From Camelus dromedarius (Eukaryota), in assembly GCF_036321535.1 (NCBI RefSeq), contig NC_087436.1, forward strand, positions 88,166,001-88,230,000: a DNA stretch of 64,000 bases. The letters are read 5' to 3'. Of this stretch, positions 54,305-64,000 are shown in pieces. Each line of letters opens with the position of its first letter. Positions within the stretch are counted from its first letter, which is position 1. The notes under the pieces are model-generated. The model ran no database searches. It worked only from the letters and a program-made list of their open reading frames with translations, and was not told where the DNA came from. Made by a program: the position numbers and the translations under genes.

Positions 54305-54987
54305 AGAAGACATATTTCAAAATGCAATAAATGAACTTAACATATGATCCAGCAGTCCCACTCCTGAGCATATATCAGGAGGGAACTCTAATTTGAAAAG
54401 ACACATGCACCCCAATGTTCATGGCAGCACTATTTACAATAGCCAAGACATGGAAACAACCTAAATGTCCATCGACAGATGACTGGATAAAGAAGATGTG
54501 GTACATAAATATATGATGGAATACTACTCAGCCATAAAAAAGAATAAAATAATGCCATTTGCAGCAACATGGATGGATCTGAAGATCGTCTTTCTAAGTG
54601 AAGTAAGCCAAGAAGAGAATGAGAAATAACATGTTATCACTTATATGGGCAAATCTAAAAAAAGAAAAAAGAAGACATTAATGAACTTATTTACAAAACA
54701 GAAACAGACTCACAGACATAGAAAAACTTATAGTTACTGGGGAGAAACAGAATGGGAAGGGGTAAACTGAGATTTCGAGATTTGCAAATATTAGCTACTA
54801 TATATAAGATAAACAATAAGTTTCTTCTGTATGGCAAGGAACTATATTCAATATCTTGTAGTAACCTATAATAAAAAATAATATGAAAATGAATATATGT
54901 ATGTATACATATGAAACAGTGTGCTGTACCCGAGAAATTGACACAACATTGTGAACTGACTATACTTCAAAAAAAAAAAAAAAAAAA
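54305..54987 (+). mobile_element. Relatively young L1 3' end (ORF2 tail, 3'UTR, poly(A))
   Basis: acatgcaccccaatgttcatggcagcactatttacaatagccaagacatgg; 19-A tail at 54969-54987. Confidence 0.92.
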
Positions 54988-55967
54988 GAAGAGTGTGGCT
55001 TTAGTGTAATAGCATCATCTGGTGACCACGCCCACTTCCGTTACTTTGGCTGCGGTCTGTAGTTTGGTCTGAAAGCGGAAATGCCGTGCAGGGCATACTA
55101 GCTGGTTTCCATGCTGTTTTCCGCAGCAGGGTGTTGTTGCCAATCATTGTCAGAAAGCCGTCGCAACAGCTCTGCTCCCAATGACCTGACGTAGAACTGT
55201 CTGGGCTGTGGCTGGAATATTAAATGACATTGTGTTTCTGCAGCCAGCTGAGCTGCTTGAGTCACAGCCGCAGTAAAAACGTTTTAACAAAATTAAAATC
55301 TCTGCGGGGGAGGGGAAAGCAGAGAATAAAGAAGGTTGGGCAGAATGCTGAGATGGAGGAAGGCAAGAGCGGGAGACGCTGGCATTGACTAATTTCTATA
55401 TTTAGTTATAAGAGGAAAGTAGAGATGGAGGCTGAGAGGTCTACATTTGTGATTTAAAACAGTCTACAATTTGCTCCCCATGGAATTGAAAAAAAAACCA
55501 TAAGAATTTTCTGGAAAATACATCTACTAAATCAAAAGGGGCCATGGGACAAAGAAATCAAAGCTATCCCCTGTGAGAGCAAATTGAAACAGATCAATTA
55601 CCTCTTGTCACTTCCTATTTCCAAACTAATGAATTACTTTTTAAAAAGCCTGGTTCTGTGCACTGCTGGGTTTAGCACCAAAAAGGAAATTTCTGATGTG
55701 TATCTCTCATGCAAATGGAAAATGATTAGGATGATAAAGTACTGCTGCTGCTTTAGGGAATCAACATAAGTAATTCTTATTCATACAGAAAAACTAGAAT
55801 TTGGAAAATCTTTATGTTAAGTTAGAGCCCTGAGGAGCATATTGTATTTTATTTTTACTCAAAGGAGTATGTCTAAGTGTCACCTTGAACAAAGGAAAGA
55901 AGATGGAATCTAAACTACAAGGTAACTTTCTTTCGTTTGCTTCATTTAGAAAGGAAGAAATACCCCA

Positions 55968-56535
55968 GTATTCACAGCATGGAGACACGGAAGTAACCTA
56001 AATGTCCATCGACAGATGACTGGGTAAAGAAGATGTGGTGTATATAAACACAACAGGATATTACTCAGCCATAAAAAAGAATGAAACAATGCTATCTGCA
56101 AACAACATGGAGGGACCTAAAGATGATCATACTAAGTACGTCAGACAGACAAAGACAAATCTCGTATGATATCACTTACATGTAGAATCTAAAAAATGAT
56201 ACAGATGAACTTATTTACAAAACAGAAGTAGACTCCCAGACATAGAAAACAAACTTGCGGTTACCAAAGGGGGTGTGGAGGTGTGGAGGGGGAGCGATAA
56301 ATTAGGAGTTTGGGATTAACAGATACACACTATATATAAGATAGATACAACTAGGACCTACTGTAGAGCACAGGGAACTATATTCAGTATCTTGTAATAA
56401 CCTATAATAGGAAAGAATCTATAAAAGAATATATACATATATGTATATGTATAACTGAATCACTTTGCTGTACACCTGTAAATAACACAATCATTGTAAA
56501 TCAACTATATACTTCAATCAAAAAAAGAAAAAAGA
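55968..56535 (+). mobile_element. L1 3' end of a different, older-looking artiodactyl subfamily
   Basis: cctaaatgtccatcgacagatgactgg...aatcactttgctgtacacctg...tatacttcaat plus A-rich tail. Confidence 0.9.
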
Positions 56536-57580
56536 AGGAAGTAATAACTTGTCGTCCCACTGCTTTCCAGGCCCTGAGGGTACAAAGATGAGTTAGACAA
56601 TCCCTGTAATTCACAGACAAGTGTAAAAGGATGAGACGCCAGGTAAGGGTAGCAAAGAATAGCCAAGAGCTGCAAAGACCAGCAAAGAGCTCAAAGGCAG
56701 GAAGAACTGCTGGGCCCGGGAGGGACTAGAGGCAGGCACTGGACGTCAGGAATCCACTTTGCACGAGGCCTTGATTCTGTAGGCTGTGGAGGGCTGAGTT
56801 TAATGCAAAGAAGCAACATTTTTAAGGAAACTCTCTCTGGCAGCAGCATAGAGGCCAGCCCGCATCCATGACTCTCAACTCTCTTCCACCAAGACAGCCA
56901 CGATGACATCTTCCCAGTTCCCCGTGTGTAACTAATATGGGGGACTTCATCTTTAAGAAAGCATCCTGAAATGCAAGTGATTTTTCACAAAGTAAATTTA
57001 TCACCAACTTTGGCACTTCAACTGTTACTAAGTGATTTACAATGTGCCACACAACTGATCATGAAAGAGTTAGGATGACGAGGCTGGGCACTGCTAGAGC
57101 AAGGATGGCCATCTGTGCTCCACAGACACCTGGAGGTTCAGGGACGGTGTCCTGGGAACTGGGGGGGAGAGGTAAGGAGACAGAGCCCAAAACTGCCCCC
57201 CCGACACAAACATACAAAACACACTTCAACCACAGCAGCTGCACTTTTATCTTACTATTACAGGTCTTTCACCAAAATTTTGTTTTAATAAAGGCTCCAC
57301 TGCTTTAAAAAAAAAAAGCAAAACTTATTTGCACAGATGGATAGAAGATGGGAGAGACTGACGGCAGATAAGTCAAATAGGAGATAACTGTAATAGTCTG
57401 GGTGAGAATAATAAAATTGGGTTCAGCTAAATCGAGTTGAGTGGATGACTCAAACCTCATAAACCAATATGAATTACATTGCCTAGCTATAAGGTATTTC
57501 CATGATATATATAATAGGAAACCATACTACTAATTTTGGCATGAGATGGCACACAAATGAATAATAAAATATACGAGATT

Positions 57581-57737
57581 AGCGCTTCTCAAACTTTAAT
57601 GTGTATAGACATCACCTGGAGATCTTGTTAAAATACAGATTCTGATTCCCAGGGTGTGGGGTGGGGCCCGAGAGTCTCCATTTCTGAGAAGTTCCCAGAG
57701 ATACGTTTTCCAAGGACCACACTTCGAGTAGCAAGGG
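57581..57737. mobile_element. MER5A-like hAT-Charlie MITE
   Basis: ttctcaaactttaatgtgtat...cacctggagatcttgttaaaatacagattctgatt...ggaccacactt. Confidence 0.8.
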
Positions 57738-57779
57738 TCCAGGGACTCCTCCAGAGAATTCCCAGCCCAATGCAAGGGC

Positions 57780-57965
57780 GTGGGCTTTGAAATCAGAGAC
57801 CTTTGGACTTAAGCCCAGGATTCACCACTTACAAATTGTAGCTGACTGCTCAGTCTGTGTCTTTGTCTAATGATAGCACTCCACTAGCTGGTGAGCTGTT
57901 GTGAGGATTAAGAAAGAGAACACACGTAAGGTGTTAGCACAGTGCCTAGCTCATGGCGAACATTT
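57780..57965 (+). mobile_element. MIR SINE remnant
   Basis: gttgtgaggattaag...gtaaggtgttagcacagtgcctagc. Confidence 0.65.
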
Positions 57966-58227
57966 AGTAACAGGTAAATGTCACTAAATGCTACTGTCAC
58001 TGTTTTCTAAAAGCCAGTTTTAGAAAAGAGTGATCCACACATCCGCTGTATCAGCATCACTGGTGGTGCCAGGTTAAGATGCAGATATCTGCATCCCCTC
58101 TTCTCTTTGTCAACTGGACTTATGTCTTCATTGGTCATTCAAGTGGGGCGAAGGAAGGATCCTTTTAAAATTCAAGCAAACTGGGTGCTTGTCTTATAAC
58201 TTGTCAGAGGAAACAAATTTTAAGGGA

Positions 58228-58311
58228 GGAAGGAAGGAAGGAAGGAAGGAAGGAAGGAAGGAAGGAAGGAAGGAAGGAAGGAAGGAAGGAAGGAAGGAAG
58301 GAAGGAAGGAA
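58228..58311 (+). repeat. (GGAA)21 microsatellite
   Basis: Read directly; 84 nt, uninterrupted. Confidence 0.97.
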
Positions 58312-59379
58312 GAAGTTGTGAATTCCTGGACCCCGCTCCCCACCATTCAACCCAATGAACCGTAACATCTGAGGGAGGATTGATCGGCACTTTTAACAAA
58401 CCCTTTACACACCAGAGCTGAAGGATCACGGCTGGGAGCTTCGTGCATGTGAGGCTGGACTTGGTCAGAAAACTTCCAAGGAATATTTATTTTGCCTGCA
58501 GGGTCAAAGCTTGGCTTATACCATGACCTGGCTTCCTGGAGCAGGAGAAAAGTGAAAGGCAGTGTGGTCACTGGGCCACAGAGATGAGAACATTCATAGA
58601 ATGAAAGGAGAAATCTATGCTCTGCTTCCCCATGTTCCTTGTCAGGTAAGAAGCTCATGTCCCAGAGCAAAAAAGACCATCTCAAGCCCCCTTCCTTCCT
58701 CCACTTTCATGCAAGGTTTCTCACCAAGAGAAGTTAAGAGGAACGGCATCTTTTCAGACCAATTCTGGGCAAAACTGACCCTGGACTGAGTATCAAAGTT
58801 AATCCAAGTTAATTCAGAGGCCTCTCTGATTTGCTTTTTTTCCCCTTTATCCCACTGCTCAGGCATACCCTCTCTTCTCATCCTCTGATGCCATGTGCCA
58901 CCTCGTTTTTCTAGATCCCCACTGCAGTGTGTTCTCCCTCAACTGCACCCTTATGCCTCCTTCCTACTGAGCACACAGACTACTTCGTGGGATAAACAGG
59001 TGGGGAGGCAGGCATTCTTTAGAAGAAATGCGTGGGCTGAACCCAAGCCACACCTCAAAGGATCAGACCTAACTCCATGACTAGAGGGACCAAAGCTGGT
59101 ACTACCTACAGACAAAGCAGGACTGTACTTAGAAAACAAAATTAAATGCATAATTAAGTGACCAGCAAGGTCCCCAGAATCACAGAGCATAACAGATAAC
59201 TTCAGCCTAGAAAAAGGCAGATGTTGCTAGTTGTTCACCACACACGTGGGAAAAAATCTCAAAAGCGGTCCAAAAGAAGATCCACTTTTGATTAAATAAA
59301 CTGTTCAGTGAACCTGTCAGGGCCAATTCCTCATTTTCCAAAATCTCTTGCACCTGTACATATTAGGCAATTAGTCAAC

Positions 59380-59745
59380 AAATTATTCATTGAGTATCTA
59401 TTGTGTGGCCAGCATCCTTCTAGGTCCTGGGGATGCTACTGCATAGATTGCATTTAATGTGCTTATTTTTGAATACATAAATAAGTTAATTTTAGTTGAT
59501 TATAGAACTATATGCTGTAATGCTTGCTACTAGGAAGAGAAAATAGGGTGCTATGACTGGGCATGCGGACATTAGCGGAGCCTTCTCTATGGAGGTGGCA
59601 TCCAAGGTGAGAGCTACATGAGGGGAAGGTGGCAGCCATGTAAACATCCAGGGGAAGAGCATTCCAAACAGAAGGACAGTAATGCAAAGACCTTGAGATG
59701 AGAACAAGCTTGGCATGTTTCAGAGACCAAATGAAGGCACCCAAT
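59380..59745 (-). mobile_element. L2 LINE remnant
   Basis: ttcattgagtatctattgtgtggccagc...gggaagagcattccaaacagaaggacag...gcaaagaccttgag. Confidence 0.6.
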
Positions 59746-61458
59746 ACGCGTTTGCATTAAATACACGGATATCTACTACTTCCCAACCAATGTGATTGGG
59801 AGCCTTGTTAGAATTTGAACTATGGCATTAACACATTATTAATTACTTTCCTTTTAATTCATTGAGTATTAATTACCCCCTAGGTGGCAGGCTCTCTGAA
59901 AGAGGTAGTTGGTAAGAGGTGCATTGGGAAGTGTATTCGTTGAGATCATAATGGGTGGTGGAGACAGATATGTGAGCACACAGACAAAGCAACCTTCCAA
60001 GTGAGTTACAGCTGGAGCAGGAGTGTCACAAGGGACCGTGGAAGCTTAGAGGAAGGTCTCCCCCTCCGGGAGAATGGGGGAAGCCTTTACATAAGAGGTG
60101 ACCTTTGAATTGAGCCTGTAAAGAGGAATAGGATTTAACAAGATGAACTGTTCCAGCAATACTGTGGACTAAATATCCTGAAAAATCCTCTAGTGACAGA
60201 AGACCTAAACTGTTGAATTAAATACAATAACTATCTTTTGAAAATCAGGACTGGAGAATAGTGAACTAGTGCTGAAGCTGACCTTTTACTGAAAGCATTT
60301 GCAGAAAGTAGGAACCCGGAGCCCTGGGGGAGAGGCTGGGTAGGGAGTCAGGGGGCCAGGACCCAGGAGACAGGAGTTGGAGGTGAGACACCACATTATA
60401 TCAGGGACCTTGAAGGGCCACACCGTTCTTACAAAGGTAGGAGGGAAAACTGCCCCTTAACAAAGGCAAAGCACCTAGAGATGTAAGTTGTTCATCTCAG
60501 TCCAGGTGCTAGGGAAGGAAAACAAAGGGAAAGACATGTCTCCTAAGACAGTGAGTAACTAGAGCCATCCTTCTCTCCCTCAGACCGGGGTTTGATTACA
60601 CCACTCACTCGATTTACACCCCAGATTCCCCAAAGGCTCACGAATGGACAGCACTGCATACTTCAAGAAGATGGTGTGAAAGATGGGCTAAAATTAGGAT
60701 CATGTAAGAAGCAGTTAGTTAGGTCCACCCTAAAAATCTGTGCATTTCTCTGTAGATTATAGCTCAATAAATTTTTTTTTTCAACAAAGAAGAAAAGGAG
60801 GACAAGTAGGATGAGGAGAAAGAGGAGAAGGAAGAGGGGGAGTTAAACGTCCAGATATGCTCCACAGTTTAGGTCTCTAGACAACCTCCCCTAGACTAGA
60901 GGGTTCCTCTCTACAGAGGGCGAAAGGCTGCCCGCAGCGGAGACGTCAGACGTAGCTGATGGCACAGATACAGTAAGCAGAAACAAGAGGCGAACATGTG
61001 CACACAAGACACTGTGACTGCCTTAGCCTTCTTTCCCCCACTTTGCTCCCAGAGCCTGGCAGCTAGGGTCAAAACATAATGACCCTGGAGTCTCCCTAAT
61101 AAAATGGCCCAGATCACCCTGAAGGTAAGACAAATCCCACCCTTCTGCCCAGAGCTTCCAATAGGCTTTTTAGTCTTTCTCTCTTAAGCAGGAGCGGACA
61201 ACCAAAGATTACTAGACATCCTAAAAATCCTCCACTGGGGAAGGTGGAGGCCCATACAAGCAAGCAAACAAGCCACATACAAAAATAGAAACCAAGCAGG
61301 GGAAATAAAACTTTTTAAATTTAAAAAAGATTCCTACAGACATGAATATTGCATTCACAAAATAAGAACGGGATGCTATAAAAAGGAACATTTAGAAGAA
61401 ACAAAAAGAAGAGGTCTTGAAATTTAAAAACACGGAAGCAGAAATGGAACAATCCACG

Positions 61459-61742
61459 ACAGAATTTTCTCTCTCAATTTCTGGAGGCCAGAAGTCGGAG
61501 ATTAGGGTACCAACATGGTCGGGTTCTGGTGAGAGCCCTCTTTAGGGGTGCAGACTTCTTTCAATATCCTCACACGACAGAAGGTGAGCCACCTCTTTGG
61601 TCCCTTCTCATAAGGGCACTAATTCCACTCATGAGGGCTCCACCTCATGACCTAATTACCTTCTAAGGGCCCTACCTCCTGTCACATTAGATTAGATTTC
61701 AACCTATGAATTTTGGGGGACACACACATTCAGTCCATAACA
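61459..61742 (-). mobile_element. MaLR LTR (MLT1A-like), partial
   Basis: ttctggaggccagaagtc...ataagggcactaattccactcatgagggctcc...cagtccataaca; similar to 11604-11939. Confidence 0.85.
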
Positions 61743-61938
61743 GAGGGCCAGTAAATGAGGTACAGTATCTGACAGGCATTCCCAGAAGGAGAATAGTGAA
61801 GTAACTCAAGGAGATTTCTTAGAATCTAAGGATGCGACCTGCAGATTGAAAGAGCCCGCTGACAGCCCAGCACAATGACTAAAGCAGACCCACATCAAAG
61901 AACAACATTATGAAATTTTACAATACTACCATCAATTT

Positions 61939-62460
61939 TTTAATTCTTATTTTTTATTGAAATGTAGTTGATTTACAATGCTAGTTTCAGGTGCACAGCA
62001 AAGTGATTCAGTTATATATATGCATATACATTTTTCAGATTCTTTTCCATTACAGCTCATTATAAGAAATTGAATATAGTTCCCTGTGCTACACAGTGGG
62101 TCCTTATTGTTTATTTTATATATAGTAATGTGTATCTATTAATCTCAAACTCCTAATATATCCCTTCCCCACACCATTCCTCTCTGGGAACCACAGTTTG
62201 TTTTCTATGTCCATGAGTCTATTTCTGGTTTATAAATAAAATTTGTATCTATTTTTTTAGATTCTACACATAAGTGATATCATATGACATTTGTCTTTGT
62301 CTGATTTACTTAATATGATAATCTCTAGTCCATCCATGTTGCTGCAAATGGCATTATTTCATTCTTTTTTGTGGCTGAGTAATATTCCACTGTATTTCTT
62401 TATCCATTTATCTGTTGGTGGACATTTAGGTTGTTTCCACATCCTGGCTATTGTGAATAG
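61939..62460 (-). mobile_element. L1 3' end inserted into an older L1 ORF1 remnant
   Basis: Reverse-complement similarity to 55968-56535; TSD tactaccatcaattt / tactagtatcaattt at 61924-61938 and 62462-62476. Confidence 0.9.
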
Positions 62461-64000
62461 CTACTAGTATCAATTTATTAGTTTACAGAGATAGCGAAAG
62501 TAAAAACAATAACAAATAACTAATCATATATAAAGGATCAGGAATCAGAATGGCTTTGGATCCCTTAACAATAATACTAGAAGCAAGAAGTCAACAGAGC
62601 ATTTCTGTTTCCAGTAACAGCATGCCAGGTGACTGAGCAAATCCTTCTGCTGAAAACAGAAAAACTGGATAGTCTATTTTTGAAAATAAAGATACCTTTA
62701 AAAAAGTAAAGACAGGAAAAGACAGCTGGGAACTCTCAGGTCACTTTTCAGACTAGAGCACATACACAGAGAGGCCAGCAGAACAACAGAGCAAGAACGG
62801 CAAACCCGAGCTAGACTCGCTCTCCCTCCCCCGAGCTGCGGAAACTTGTAGAGAGGACAGCCGTGGTGCTGCCTGGGGAGCAGCAGTGAAAGACGGGGGT
62901 GCAGGGAGGAAGAGAAGGCATCCTATGGAGGTTGTACCCACAGATTGGTCCTCCGTGCAATTGTATTCAGGATACGCATAACCTGGGTGGGCCAGGAACC
63001 TCTCCAACTTGGTGAGGTCCTTCCAGATAGTGCCCGTAGGCACCTGGCAGAAACACACGCAAAGCCCTGCAGGAAGGCACATCCAGCCGAGGCCCCAGAG
63101 AACCGCCGCAAATCATTTTTCTCAGGTGATGTCCATCAAGCTGCAGAAGCACACCAGAAAACAAGACACGAACCCAAGTGAGAACCAATGTTGGAATGAT
63201 TGGTCGTGAACTTTAACCTATGCTTTCCAAGTTCAAAGAACTAGACTTAAAAATATCATCAGGAAACAAGGGATTGTGAGAATGACACAGCGGTTTTGAA
63301 AAAGAACCAAAGACAATATTCAGAAATGAAAAAAAATTTAAGGTATGCCTTCATAATTCAGAAGGAAAATGATGGCTGATCTAAAATTCTTGACCTAGCT
63401 ACTCTATGCATAAATTAACAGGCTACGATAAAGAAAATTTCAACAGGCAATATTTCAAAACACTTACCTCCAGGGCACTCTTTCTGATGAGGTTACTGTA
63501 GGGTTTGGTCCATCAAAATCAAACCCTAGACCAAGAAGATACAGGAAACAAAAAACAGGAGATCCAATGTACAAGAGAGGCAAAGGGAACTTCCAGGAGG
63601 ATGTTGAAAGGAGGTACCAGGATGATAGCCATGGAGCAGATACAGAGGAAATCTGTCTCTATCGCAGCAACAGAATTCAAGAAACAGACACATTGAGAGC
63701 CTCCATCACTAAGATCTCTGCCATCATTCTCCTTTTTCTGTTTGTTTGTTTTTTTTTTTTAACCTGAATACAGAATGCCTGGCCAGTCTTATATGTACTC
63801 AACTTTTTTTGGACCATTGGTACAAAAATTCCTGTTCTCCCCTCCATATCTGTTGCTTGGATCTACTAAGATGCTCATTCATTCCTGGGTGATTTGACCT
63901 ACTGAGAGCTGGAGGCAGGTCATCTGATCTCAGAAGCAGGAAATACAGGGCACCCCACTCCCTTTAATACTATTTTTATGAAAATCTTTAAGTTCCACCC

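Noticed and set aside
58220..58429. ORF with PSFL repeats
   Set aside because: Translation of the (TTCC)n strand of the microsatellite.

Overview
Mammalian genomic DNA, probably camelid (tRNA-derived Vic-1-like SINEs and camelid-type L1 3' ends; inferred, not searched), covering the conserved FRYL-ZAR1-SLC10A4 block. Bases 697-29626 (+) hold the last 13 standard coding exons of FRYL, which join in frame and end in ...VSTGF*. Two frame-preserving microexons (9 nt ELQ, 18 nt QMEILA) lie among them, followed by a ~1.9 kb 3'UTR. ZAR1 (4 exons, 391 aa) and SLC10A4 (3 exons, 439 aa) are intact, in tandem on the - strand, each with a CpG island. The rest (~46-64 kb) is intergenic and rich in L1, L2, MIR, MaLR and DNA-transposon remnants. 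No novel multi-gene system is demonstrable. The best leads are the FRYL microexons, a phase-compatible SLC10A4-ZAR1 read-through chimera, a candidate zinc-finger-only ZAR1 start exon, a (TG)17/(CA)17 pair bracketing the proximal FRYL poly(A) signal, and a promoter-like motif cluster near 55.0 kb. Family names come from recall, not database searches.
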